Source: Bacteroidia bacterium
GTDB lineage: Bacteria; Bacteroidota; Bacteroidia; AKYH767-A; OLB10
Reading direction: 5' to 3'
Length of the DNA stretch: 28,209 nt
NCBI GenBank assembly: GCA_044341715.1
Contig: JBIIRF010000001.1
Location: forward strand, 1-28,209
Numbering within the stretch: the first letter of the stretch is position 1; every line of letters begins with the position of its first letter. A model generated the notes under the pieces. The model searched no databases. It was not told where the DNA came from and worked only from the letters and a program-made list of their open reading frames with translations. Positions 9,444 to 18,792 of this stretch are shown here, piece by piece. The translations under genes and the position numbers were made by a program.

Positions 9444-9480
9444 AAAAAACTCCTGTATACTATGAAAGTACACAGGAGTT
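9442..9480 (-). terminator. Rho-independent terminator between the convergent ybdL and LipL32-like genes
   Basis: Minus strand AACTCCTGTGTACT-TTCAT-AGTATACAGGAGTT followed by a T run. The stem may also act on the plus strand. Confidence 0.85.
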
Positions 9481-9497
9481 CATATTTTACAGGTAGC

Positions 9498-10208
9498 TTA
9501 TTTACCCAGCAGTTCGATCATCTTATCGAGTGATTCTGCCACAATTACACCAGGAAGTTTCACCGGAGCACCAATCTGCGCAAGGAAACCACCGTTTACT
9601 TCACCAACTTTATAGGTAGTAAATCCAATGCGGTATAAACCAGCCACGAGTGATTTCGTTGGATTACTTGCATCGCTGGTAATACGCATTAAAGAATTGT
9701 ACTTGCTACCTGAAGGTTGAGCAGGCATTTCACCACTGTCATCGTTTTGTTCGATCATGGTCCACTCGGCAGATTTACCTTTCGCAGCAACCGCTTCCTT
9801 ACTCACCACGCCTTGTGCTCTTTCAAATGAAATCCAGGTATCGAAATAAGACTTGGTTTCAGCCACATTCTCCTGATAAGGCATCGAAACAAAATCTGCA
9901 TCGCCCGGCAACTGTTTATCAGGAATAGGAGAAATCATCCGGATTCCAATTTCAGGCGCAGCAGCAGGAATCCATACATAGATGTAATAATATTTTTTAC
10001 CGCCCTTTTCTGCATCCGGTTTCAGTCCGGGTTTGATGTACCCGTAATAGCTGATCACATCTGTATAGGGAACACGAATCTCTTTCCCCATCACTGTTTT
10101 TTTACCCATATCTGCGCCGAACTTCTCCAGCTTCTGAGCAAAAGAGGCAGATTGACTCATACAGGCTACAATGCCCAGTGCAATCACTTTTTTCATTGTT
10201 GTTTTCAT
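9498..10208 (-). CDS. lipL32: LipL32-family surface protein (homolog of the Leptospira major outer-membrane lipoprotein)
   Basis: Colinear motifs PYTDVISYYGYIKPG, YYYIYVWIPAAAPEIGIRMISP, YFDTWISFER, KYNSL and GLYRIGFTTYKVGEV match my recollection of LipL32 (PYGSVINYYGYVKPG, YYLYVWIP, WFDTWIRVER, KYNSL, GLYRISFTTYKPGEV). The start is 10208 or 10196. Confidence 0.88.
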   Translation of the reverse strand: MKTTMKKVIALGIVACMSQSASFAQKLEKFGADMGKKTVMGKEIRVPYTDVISYYGYIKPGLKPDAEKGGKKYYYIYVWIPAAAPEIGIRMISPIPDKQLPGDADFVSMPYQENVAETKSYFDTWISFERAQGVVSKEAVAAKGKSAEWTMIEQNDDSGEMPAQPSGSKYNSLMRITSDASNPTKSLVAGLYRIGFTTYKVGEVNGGFLAQIGAPVKLPGVIVAESLDKMIELLGK

Positions 10209-10238
10209 AAATAAGTACATTTTAAGGTTATCCTGTTC

Positions 10239-10268
10239 CGAAACTAAACAATATTCTGGTATATCCAA
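10239..10268 (-). promoter_or_regulatory. Candidate sigma70 promoter for the LipL32-like gene
   Basis: TTG-N19-TAGTTTCG, one mismatch to TAnnTTTG. Confidence 0.4.
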
Positions 10269-10335
10269 CGTACCGAGGGAAATTTGCAGGAATAATTATC
10301 GGACGGCTGCTGAATTTCCATGGATACTGCCCGGA

Positions 10336-10365
10336 TTTGCGGGTGTTGATATATTGCTATATTTG
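10336..10365 (+). promoter_or_regulatory. Sigma70 promoter for the amidase gene
   Basis: TTTG-N18-TATATTTG, 28 nt upstream of the ATG at 10394. Confidence 0.6.
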
Positions 10366-10393
10366 TCAGATCACCCTTTAGACTAAATTATCT

Positions 10394-11203
10394 ATGCCAA
10401 AAGATCTCTCTCTGACAATGGTCCAGCCTAAATTGGCCTGGGAATCGCCCGTTGATAATTATAAAACCCTGAACAAGATGTTATCCTCGGTTGGAAAAGG
10501 GGAAACAGATCTGGTGGTGCTGCCGGAGATGTTCAGCACAGGTTTCAGCATGAATGCGAAGAAACTGGCGGAGGAGATGGAAGGTCCGTCGATGCAGTGG
10601 ATGTTCGAGACAGCGCAGGGATTGAAGGCGGCGATTAGCGGTTCTTTGATGATTAAAGAGAATGGTAAATTTTTTAATCGCTTTATCTGGATGGAACCGG
10701 ATGGTCATTATGATCATTATGATAAGCGGCATTTGTTCCGGATGGGTAAGGAAGATAAAACCTATACCGGTAGTAAGGAAGGTCTGGTGATTGAATACAA
10801 AGGCTGGGGATTTTGTCCGATGGTTTGTTATGACCTGCGTTTCCCGGTTTGGAGCCGTAATCGTATCGAGGGAAAAGGTGCGAAAATGAAATACGATTAC
10901 GATGTTTTACTTTATGTGGCGAACTGGCCTGCTGTGCGTAGTTATGCCTGGGAACATTTGCTGATTGCCCGTGCGATTGAGAACCAAAGCTATGTGGCTG
11001 GTGTAAATCGTATTGGCAAAGATGGCAATGAGGTGAATCATACCGGAAACAGTATGTTGCTGAATCCGCTGGGGGAATGTATCAGCAATATCAAGCCGAA
11101 TAAAAGCAGCGTAGAAACCGTTGTGCTGAACTGGAAGGCCCTGCAGGATATCCGTAAGAAGTTCCCGGTGATGCTGGATGCGGATACTTTCGGTCTGGTG
11201 TGA
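10394..11203 (+). CDS. yafV: Nitrilase-superfamily omega-amidase (YafV/MtnU-like)
   Basis: Catalytic triad motifs LPEMFSTGF (E), YDKRHLF (K) and VCYDLRFPVW (C), plus ARAIENQ. Confidence 0.92.
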   Translation: MPKDLSLTMVQPKLAWESPVDNYKTLNKMLSSVGKGETDLVVLPEMFSTGFSMNAKKLAEEMEGPSMQWMFETAQGLKAAISGSLMIKENGKFFNRFIWMEPDGHYDHYDKRHLFRMGKEDKTYTGSKEGLVIEYKGWGFCPMVCYDLRFPVWSRNRIEGKGAKMKYDYDVLLYVANWPAVRSYAWEHLLIARAIENQSYVAGVNRIGKDGNEVNHTGNSMLLNPLGECISNIKPNKSSVETVVLNWKALQDIRKKFPVMLDADTFGLV

Positions 11204-11236
11204 TTTTCGGTAATACGTAACCGTTAGCCAACCATT

Positions 11237-12610
11237 TTATTTCCCAACTCCGTATTCGCTGAGAATCCAGGCGAGTGCGGCCATGCTTGCTGCTCCAAGC
11301 TCGAGTTCGCGTTTGTTGATTTTGTCAAACGTATCCGTCTCGGCATGGTGTACATCAAAATACCGTTGTGAATCGGGACTGAATCCAATCAGCAATGTGC
11401 CTTGCTTTTCCATGTGATTGATATCTGCTCCTCCATATCCCGGACGCCAGTCGCGTAATAAATACGGATACAACATTTCCTGATGTTTCATGATACCCTG
11501 CATCATCAGTGAATCGCCTTTGAATGTAAATCCGCGCGGTGTAAATCCACCGGCATCACTTTCAATAGCGGCGATATGTTTGCGGCCCGACTTTGCTGCT
11601 TCCTCTGCGTACTTCGCTCCACCACGTCCTCCGTTTTCTTCATTCATAAATGCTACGCAGCGAATGGTCCGTTTCGGTCGCAAGCCAAGTGCTTTCATTA
11701 CACGTATCACTTCCATCGATTGCACCACACCGGCGCCATCATCATGTGATCCATCACCTGTATCCCATGCGTCGAGGTGTCCGCCTACTACAATGACTTC
11801 ATTCGGAAATTCAGTGCCGGTAATTTCTGCAATGACATTGTACGATAAGGTATCAGGCAATGTACTGCATGACTGACGAAAACCGACTTTCGTTCCCGGC
11901 TCTATTTTAAGCGTCTTGCTGAGTAATTCTGCACCGCGTGTACTGATCGCACAGGCCGGAATTTTTGTGATCGCTGAATCATATCCCATCGCACCGGTAT
12001 GCGGATTATCATCGAGTGAGAGTGTCATAGAACGAACAATCACTCCAATGGCACCTAGTTTAGCCGCACGCATGGCCGTTCCCCAGCGATACTTGGCCGC
12101 TTCACCATACGCTTCAAACGTATTGATGAACTCCGGCTTCATCGGATGGTTCATGAAAACAATATTTCCCTTGATCCGCTCTGTGCCGATTTTTTCCATC
12201 TCTTCCCAGTCACGTACCTCGACAACATTACCCGAAATACCGGAAGGAGGAGAGGCAATACTTCCACCCAGTGCACAAATACGCAATGGAGTTTTATTGC
12301 CTTTGGCTTCGATCCATGCTTCTTCTTTTCCGCCACGTACCCAATGAGGAACCATGACATCCTGCAGAAGAACAGAGTCGGCACCCAGTTTCTTTAATTC
12401 CATGCGGACATAATCTACAGCCTGCGCTGCTTCTTTCGAGCCACTCAGTCTTCCGCCAATACGGTTGCTGAGATAATCGAGCCAGGAATAAGATTTACCG
12501 TTGTTCAGAATGTCATCGTAAATTCGACGAATAGTGAGCGAATCTGTTGTTTGAGCTTTCGCAACCGAAGCAAACAAGCAGAGCGCGGCAATGCAGGAGC
12601 AGATTTTCAT
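11237..12610 (-). CDS. M28 family peptidase with PA domain (carboxypeptidase Q-like), secreted
   Basis: Signal peptide ending AKA|Q and zinc-ligand motifs GGHLDAWD, DDGAG, EENG, ESD and HHAETD. Confidence 0.92.
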   Translation of the reverse strand: MKICSCIAALCLFASVAKAQTTDSLTIRRIYDDILNNGKSYSWLDYLSNRIGGRLSGSKEAAQAVDYVRMELKKLGADSVLLQDVMVPHWVRGGKEEAWIEAKGNKTPLRICALGGSIASPPSGISGNVVEVRDWEEMEKIGTERIKGNIVFMNHPMKPEFINTFEAYGEAAKYRWGTAMRAAKLGAIGVIVRSMTLSLDDNPHTGAMGYDSAITKIPACAISTRGAELLSKTLKIEPGTKVGFRQSCSTLPDTLSYNVIAEITGTEFPNEVIVVGGHLDAWDTGDGSHDDGAGVVQSMEVIRVMKALGLRPKRTIRCVAFMNEENGGRGGAKYAEEAAKSGRKHIAAIESDAGGFTPRGFTFKGDSLMMQGIMKHQEMLYPYLLRDWRPGYGGADINHMEKQGTLLIGFSPDSQRYFDVHHAETDTFDKINKRELELGAASMAALAWILSEYGVGK

Positions 12611-12641
12611 AGAGAGACATGGCAGAATGGCTACCGTCCCT

Positions 12642-12649
12642 CAAAAATA
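12642..12649 (-). promoter_or_regulatory. Candidate -7 element (TATTTTTG) for the M28 peptidase
   Basis: TAnnTTTG match 31 nt upstream of the ATG. No properly spaced -33 element. Confidence 0.3.
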
Positions 12650-12665
12650 AATCTTTTCAGCAAAC

Positions 12666-13754
12666 TCAGGCTTTTACTGCACGATCATATAATCGACCAC
12701 CCATCCGACCGTATAACAAAGCCAGCCAGGACATGCTCAGTGTATTCATTGTCAGCATTCCAAGACAAACCGACAGAATAATAAAACTATTCATATCAAT
12801 CTTCGGAAAAAGAATGGCGATACCAACGTACATGAGATTAAATCCGGCAATCATCACGGTTGTCATGCGCTGACCGAATCCTTGTCCAACCATCATATGA
12901 TGCACATGGTTGCGATCGGGATGAAATGGTGAGTAGCCGGTGATGATTCGAATGACCGATACACGCAGCACATCGTACAATGGTACAAACAGCACCGCAG
13001 CAATGAGCGCAGGAGTAAGTGCAGGTACATCTGAAACGCCATGCGTAAAATGCTGGAACAAGGCAATCGCTTGTACAGAGAGTAAAAATCCAAGTACCAG
13101 TGAACCGGTATCTCCCATAAATATTTTAGCAGGATGGAAATTATAAATCAGGAATCCGAACACAGCGCCACAAATACTGAATGACAACATCGCCATTGTA
13201 ATATCACCGGCTTGCAGGAACAGAATTCCAAAGATCATACTCGACATCAACATCAGACTACCCGCAAGACCATCCAGACCGTCAATCAGGTTCAGTGCAT
13301 TGGTCACAGCAATGATGAATACAATCGTCACCATCCACGATACCGCATCCGGCAATTCACCAATACCACAGAATCCATACAAACTTTCGATGCGGAAACC
13401 GGCAAGGATCACCAGAATACTCGCCACAAACTGTAACACGAGTTTACGCGATGGTTTCAAGTCGATCAGATCGTCGAAGAATCCGGTGAAGAATAACAAC
13501 ACCATGCCTGCAACCAACTGCGCTGCGTTATGGCCGGGCATATCACCTACGAATGCGAGAAAACTGACAGCAATACCGGCGAATATAGAGATACCTCCCA
13601 TGGTAGGGATGTTCTCCTTATGACGTTTCCGGTCATCTGTCTTCTCAAATAAATTCCACTTCGCACACACTCTTATCCACGCAGGAATAAGAACCGTTGT
13701 CGTCAACATCGCAGCAATGCTGCTCATAATAATTAATAAAGAATTCGAAAGCAT
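12666..13754 (-). CDS. wecA: WecA/TagO-like undecaprenyl-phosphate GlcNAc-1-phosphate transferase (MraY family)
   Basis: PTMGGI, GFFDDLIDL, NALNLIDGLDG, IFMGDTGS and HVHHM; polytopic membrane protein. Confidence 0.92.
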   Translation of the reverse strand: MLSNSLLIIMSSIAAMLTTTVLIPAWIRVCAKWNLFEKTDDRKRHKENIPTMGGISIFAGIAVSFLAFVGDMPGHNAAQLVAGMVLLFFTGFFDDLIDLKPSRKLVLQFVASILVILAGFRIESLYGFCGIGELPDAVSWMVTIVFIIAVTNALNLIDGLDGLAGSLMLMSSMIFGILFLQAGDITMAMLSFSICGAVFGFLIYNFHPAKIFMGDTGSLVLGFLLSVQAIALFQHFTHGVSDVPALTPALIAAVLFVPLYDVLRVSVIRIITGYSPFHPDRNHVHHMMVGQGFGQRMTTVMIAGFNLMYVGIAILFPKIDMNSFIILSVCLGMLTMNTLSMSWLALLYGRMGGRLYDRAVKA

Positions 13755-13762
13755 GATCCCAA

Positions 13763-15844
13763 TTATTGTTTCTCTTTTCTAATAATATGTACTTCTACTC
13801 TTCTGTTCCGTTGTTTTCCTTCGTCGGAGACATTGTCGCGGATCGGCATATTTTCACCGTAGGCGACAGTTGTAATACGTTCTTCAGGAAGTCCCTTTTT
13901 CATGAAGATGGCTTTCACCACATCGGCTCTCGATTGGGAGAGATGCATGTTGAATGGTGCGTCTCCTTCGCTGTCGGTATGTCCTGTGATCACCAGCATC
14001 ATCGAATTGTTTTCCAGCAATGAATCCAGCGCCGGTTCAATGATGTCGAGCTTATACAAGCCATGGACTTCTGCACTTCCTGTTTTAAATTCTATATTTC
14101 CAATATGCTCTGCGGATGAAGTTCCTGCTTCTGCAATACTTTTCTCCGTAGCGCAACCATTATTTTCTTTTGATCCTGCTACCATCGGACACTGATCATC
14201 GGTATCAGGGATGCCGTCTTTATCTGTGTCGGGACAACCACCTGTTCCGGGTTCTCCTTTCATGTAAGGACATTTATCCTGGCTGTCTGTGATTCCGTCA
14301 CCATCCGCATCGGGCATAGTTACTGTAGTTGGAACGGATGTTTCTTCCTCAGGTTTCAAATCAGGGAGTCCCGCAGTAAGATTTTTACCATTCCCTTCCG
14401 GACGCAATTCAGGAACAGCAACTTTCACTTTGGCTACGTTCTTTCTTGGCACCAATAATGTGATAGCAGATTTATCAGTTTCCAGCTCATCCGGAATTTC
14501 ACGGACAGGTATAGAAGCAGATTTGATCGCTTTTGTTGTAACAGGTTGTGGTTTATTTACCACCGGCATTGTTACGGGTGATACTTTTCGTATTGGCGCT
14601 AACGTTATATTCTCTGCTGGTGCAGCAGGTGCAGGTTTCGCAGCCGCTTTCGGAGCTGTACCCGCCGGAGTAGCTGGTTTAGCAGGAGCCGGTTTGGTCA
14701 CCGGTTTTCCTACAGGTTTAGCTGCCGGTGCAGGAGTACTTCCTGTTGGTTTTCCGGTTTCCGGTTTTTTCGTTTCTGCAGGCTGGCTTTGTACCGGTGT
14801 AGAATTCGACGATGTTACCGGAACTTTTGAGGCAGTAGATGACTTTTTATCGTCCTTCTTCGCTTCCTTCGCCGGCTTCTGCTTTTTCTTTTCTTCTTCT
14901 TTTTTCGGACGTGCTTTCGGAATATAGGTCAGGGAAATTTCGAAGGCTCCGGGTCCGCCTGTAGCTCCGGAGATATTGATATCATAACTGATACCGGCCA
15001 TGAAACTGTTCCATTGGTATCCGGTGTAGAGTGCGATAGCATCATTATTGCGGAAGATGATTCCTCCTTCGAGGTTGTTACGGTCTTCCATCGGGAGACG
15101 TATCATCACACTGCTGATAAACTCCTGTGCAAACTGCTGCTTTGAAAACTGCACTGCAGGAGTGATCGTCCAGTCGTTTTTCATCACAAAACCGGCTCCC
15201 GCATTGGCCGTAATTTTTCGCGGAATAAAATTGTTCTGCTCGATATAACTTTCTTTCGGCTGATTGAGGTGTTGTACAGAAATTCCGGCAAATGGGAATA
15301 CACTGTTCTTTCCCTTTTTACCGTATGTCCAGAGGAAACCCAAGCCAAAATCAGGTCGTGTAAGTTTGGTATAGCTGAATGATTCGCTTGTAGGATTAGA
15401 CGGATCAAAACCATTGTCGGGTGTGTACTGATCATCAAAGGTCATCTTCGATGGATCAAAACTTTTCTGAATAAATCCGATTTGTAATCCGGAGGCGAGC
15501 ATGTGTCGTCCGAATGCATGGCGATAACTGAGTTGTCCGTTCAGGAACATTTGTCGCATTCCTGATTCGCCGGCGGTATTATTGACAATGTTTGCACCGA
15601 AGCCAACTTTGCTGACTTGTTTATCAAAGAAAACGCCTTCGGTCTTGAACGGACTCATCACACTCGACCATTGATTCCGGTATAACATAGTTAAGCGGAT
15701 ATGCTCTACGTTATGTCCGCTCGCCGCAGGGTTGTACCAGGTTGGAATCCGATGTGCCTGCGTGAAGTGAGGATCCTGCGCATAGCCTATCATCCCCACA
15801 AGGAGGAGAAGGAATAAACCGATGATGGAATATTGTCTGCGCAT
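13763..15844 (-). CDS. PorP/SprF family T9SS outer-membrane barrel fused to a K/P/A-rich linker, TSP3-like repeats and an OmpA C-terminal domain
   Basis: QDPHFTQ...WYNPAASG...YRNQWS N-terminus; barrel ending FEISLTYIP; linker of about 200 aa; DADGDGITDSQDKCP/DTDKDGIPDTDDQCP; GHTDSEG...LSQSRA...YGE...NRRVE. Confidence 0.9.
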   Translation of the reverse strand: MRRQYSIIGLFLLLLVGMIGYAQDPHFTQAHRIPTWYNPAASGHNVEHIRLTMLYRNQWSSVMSPFKTEGVFFDKQVSKVGFGANIVNNTAGESGMRQMFLNGQLSYRHAFGRHMLASGLQIGFIQKSFDPSKMTFDDQYTPDNGFDPSNPTSESFSYTKLTRPDFGLGFLWTYGKKGKNSVFPFAGISVQHLNQPKESYIEQNNFIPRKITANAGAGFVMKNDWTITPAVQFSKQQFAQEFISSVMIRLPMEDRNNLEGGIIFRNNDAIALYTGYQWNSFMAGISYDINISGATGGPGAFEISLTYIPKARPKKEEEKKKQKPAKEAKKDDKKSSTASKVPVTSSNSTPVQSQPAETKKPETGKPTGSTPAPAAKPVGKPVTKPAPAKPATPAGTAPKAAAKPAPAAPAENITLAPIRKVSPVTMPVVNKPQPVTTKAIKSASIPVREIPDELETDKSAITLLVPRKNVAKVKVAVPELRPEGNGKNLTAGLPDLKPEEETSVPTTVTMPDADGDGITDSQDKCPYMKGEPGTGGCPDTDKDGIPDTDDQCPMVAGSKENNGCATEKSIAEAGTSSAEHIGNIEFKTGSAEVHGLYKLDIIEPALDSLLENNSMMLVITGHTDSEGDAPFNMHLSQSRADVVKAIFMKKGLPEERITTVAYGENMPIRDNVSDEGKQRNRRVEVHIIRKEKQ

Positions 15845-18792
15845 TATTTAATGACCGTGATTGGTCCGTTTAATTCCTGTGATTGATTTTCCTGATTGCT
15901 GATTTTAATCCGGTAGAGATAGGTGCCGTTTTGTACGGTGACACCATTCACTGTTCCATCCCATTCGGGGCGTGCACTGTCGGTGGTATAGATCAAGGTT
16001 CCCCATTGATCATAAATCCGCATTTCTTCGAGACGGAATTGCTCGCCACGTACACGGAACACATCATTTTTACCATCTCCATTAGGCGTAAATGTGGTAG
16101 GCACGAATGCAGGGAGATTAATACCGATGTACACTGTTTTTATAAGTGTATCTGTACAACCGAGTGCATTCGCTGTAATTAGTGTTACTGTATAATTTCC
16201 CTCCAGCGGATAGGTAAACTGCGGATCAATCTGCTGTGATGTATTTCCGGGGATTGTAGTATCTCCGAAAATCCAGTAAACAGTAGCGGGATTTATAGTT
16301 GTGCAATTAAAGGTAGTTGTGAATTGTCCGCTCTGTGAACTTACATTGTAGGTAAATGTAGCAGCCGGAATTGCAAACACATTGACATTTACATCCAAAC
16401 GCGCCGGAGAAATACAGCCAAAGCCGTTCATCGCTTCCACGTAATAAGTCGTGTTGGTTGTTAGTGCTGGTGTAGTGTATGAAAGTGATGATGCCAGTAA
16501 ATTACCTGCAGTGTATTCATCGTACCATTTATAAGTGAGACCGGGTTCTGGAACGACACTCAGTTGCACTGCATTTCCTTTACATACTGAAGTATCAGCA
16601 GCCTGCGGAACATCCGGATTGCGATACACTTTTATCAGCGTAGAATCGGAGTACATCCAATTACCACCCTGGAAAACGGCGACATAATACCAACCGCTAT
16701 CTACCGCTACATACTGCGATCCCGTAGCGCCGGTAACCGGAAGTCCTTCGTAGTACCATTGATTCCCCGTTGGAAAAACAGAACTTAATACCACACTTTC
16801 TCCTTCACAAAAACTGACAGGACCCAGTGCCGTAATAATGTTTGAACTATTAATCAGCGTAACAGTAACTGCGGCTGATGATGATGTACATCCATTTGCA
16901 TTGGTGGTTGCTACAGTATAGGTTCCTCCTGTTGTAACATTGAGCGTACTACCGGTGATACCGTTCGACCAGGTATAAGCTGATCCGCCGGATGCGGTTA
17001 GTGTTAAAGTATCACCCTGAATCAACATTACTGCTCCGGAGGGTGTAACGGAAGGCGTAACGGTTGAATAAACTGCAATGCTTTGTACGGTTGATTGATC
17101 TGTACAGCCACCTGTTCCGGTCACGGTTACAGAGTAGTTTCCTTGTCCAACTGTTATACTTTGTGTATTGGCTCCATTCGACCATAGCCATGCACTTCCT
17201 GCAGATGCAGTGAGGACCGTAGTTTTTCCCGGACAAACAGTATCCGTTGATGCAGTAATAGTTGCTACAGGGGCTGCCTGTACCGTAATACTAATCGGTG
17301 CTGAACTTCCCACACAACCATTGCTGTTAGTTACTGATACCGTAAATGAGCCTGCAGTATTTACCACGATCGACTGAGCAGTTGAGCCATTCGACCAGCT
17401 ATAAGCAGTACCTGTGGTTGCTGTAAGTGTAATAGAAGCGCCATCACAAATTGCTGTTCCTGCGCTGCTGGTAATTGTCGGACTAAACGACGGATATACG
17501 GTAACGTTAAGTGTATTGGAGCTTGCTGTCGCACCCGAAGCATCAAAGGCGATTGCAGTCAATGTATGATTCCCTTGTGTCAATCCGTTTACGGTTACGT
17601 TACCGTTCGCGGAAGTTCCAAGGGTTTGTCCGTTCTCGAGAATAGTATAATTGTACAATCCTGCAGGAGAAATGGTAAAGGAAGCGGGAGCACCGGCACA
17701 AATTGCACTGCCACCGGAAATACTCAGTGTTAATGTAGTTGTAGAAATAGCAGTCACCCGACGAACAGTATGATTACCATTATCACCCACCCATAAATTT
17801 CTTCCTGAGCGGTTATAGGCAATTCCTGTCGGCATTTTGAACTTCGCTGCGATTCCATTGCCATCAACTGCTCCCTGCTGACCACTCGCTCCCACATAGG
17901 TAGAAACGGTAGCAGTTGTCAGATTAATTTTTCGAATTGTATTGGTAATGACATCGGCCACAAAAAGATTATTCAATGTATCTGCTGCAACTGCTGAAGG
18001 ATAGTTAAACGAAGCAGAAAGTGCAGGACCATTCACATCACCCGGAATTCCATTACCGGCAATCGTTGAAACTGTTCCCACCGGAGTCATCATACGGATC
18101 TGACAATTCCATTCGTCGGTGATAATCAGATTTCCGTTTGACAACATCGTCAGTCCATACGGATGATTAAATGTTGCTGCTGTTCCTGTACCATTCGCAT
18201 TGCCGGAGACAAAAACTGTTCCCGCCACGGTAGTCACCTGACCGGCGTTCAGTTTACGAATGGTATGTGTATTATAATCTGAAATATAAATCGTACTTCC
18301 ATCGCGTGTTACTGCAATGCCTGCAGGAAATCCAAAACGGGCAGTAGCGGCAGGACCATTTGTTGTACCAAACACACCGGTACCGGCAAGTGTAGTCACA
18401 TTCCCCGTTGCATCGATTTGACGTACTTTATAGTTTTTTGTATCGGCTACATAGAGATTTCCCAGTGTATCGATCGCGATACCCCAGGGCTCATTAAAAG
18501 AAGCATTCAATCCCTGACCATCGGTACTTCCTGCCACACCGCTGCCGGCAAAAGTTGAAACCACACCCGAAGCAGAAATTTTCCGGATACGATGATTCAA
18601 CCGATCGGCCACATAAACGTTTCCGTTTTTATCCGCCACCAATGAGTGCGGCTCATTGAATCGTGCTGCAGTACCTGTTCCATCCGTTGATCCTGTACTA
18701 CCTGCCAAACCGGCAATAGTCACCACTTGCTGAGCAAAAGCATTGCCCGCAGCAGTCAATATCAGGAACAGAATGAGTACTCTTTTCATCAT
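15844..18792 (-). CDS. T9SS type-B cargo: six NHL repeats, about six Ig-like modules, a PKD domain and a gliding-motility-associated (CHU_C) C-terminal domain
   Basis: Signal peptide ending FA|Q; six AG...G...A.F..P.G repeats; WSNG Ig modules; WIFGD (PKD); FTPNGDGKND...WDGT...GTYLY CTD. Confidence 0.92.
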   Translation of the reverse strand: MMKRVLILFLILTAAGNAFAQQVVTIAGLAGSTGSTDGTGTAARFNEPHSLVADKNGNVYVADRLNHRIRKISASGVVSTFAGSGVAGSTDGQGLNASFNEPWGIAIDTLGNLYVADTKNYKVRQIDATGNVTTLAGTGVFGTTNGPAATARFGFPAGIAVTRDGSTIYISDYNTHTIRKLNAGQVTTVAGTVFVSGNANGTGTAATFNHPYGLTMLSNGNLIITDEWNCQIRMMTPVGTVSTIAGNGIPGDVNGPALSASFNYPSAVAADTLNNLFVADVITNTIRKINLTTATVSTYVGASGQQGAVDGNGIAAKFKMPTGIAYNRSGRNLWVGDNGNHTVRRVTAISTTTLTLSISGGSAICAGAPASFTISPAGLYNYTILENGQTLGTSANGNVTVNGLTQGNHTLTAIAFDASGATASSNTLNVTVYPSFSPTITSSAGTAICDGASITLTATTGTAYSWSNGSTAQSIVVNTAGSFTVSVTNSNGCVGSSAPISITVQAAPVATITASTDTVCPGKTTVLTASAGSAWLWSNGANTQSITVGQGNYSVTVTGTGGCTDQSTVQSIAVYSTVTPSVTPSGAVMLIQGDTLTLTASGGSAYTWSNGITGSTLNVTTGGTYTVATTNANGCTSSSAAVTVTLINSSNIITALGPVSFCEGESVVLSSVFPTGNQWYYEGLPVTGATGSQYVAVDSGWYYVAVFQGGNWMYSDSTLIKVYRNPDVPQAADTSVCKGNAVQLSVVPEPGLTYKWYDEYTAGNLLASSLSYTTPALTTNTTYYVEAMNGFGCISPARLDVNVNVFAIPAATFTYNVSSQSGQFTTTFNCTTINPATVYWIFGDTTIPGNTSQQIDPQFTYPLEGNYTVTLITANALGCTDTLIKTVYIGINLPAFVPTTFTPNGDGKNDVFRVRGEQFRLEEMRIYDQWGTLIYTTDSARPEWDGTVNGVTVQNGTYLYRIKISNQENQSQELNGPITVIK
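16961..17397 (-). repeat. Three diverged tandem Ig-like modules with a 213-bp period
   Basis: The motif cc(a/g)ttcgacca (W-S-N-G on the minus strand) occurs at 16961, 17174 and 17387, each 213 bp apart. Confidence 0.8.

Noticed and set aside
14289-14927. 212-aa plus-strand ORF
   Set aside because: Antisense shadow of the low-complexity linker in the PorP-OmpA gene.
15844-18792. DGR target, CRISPR array or invertible element suggested by repeats
   Set aside because: The repeats are diverged protein-domain repeats. There is no reverse transcriptase, recombinase, repeat-spacer array or near-identical template/variable pair in the window.
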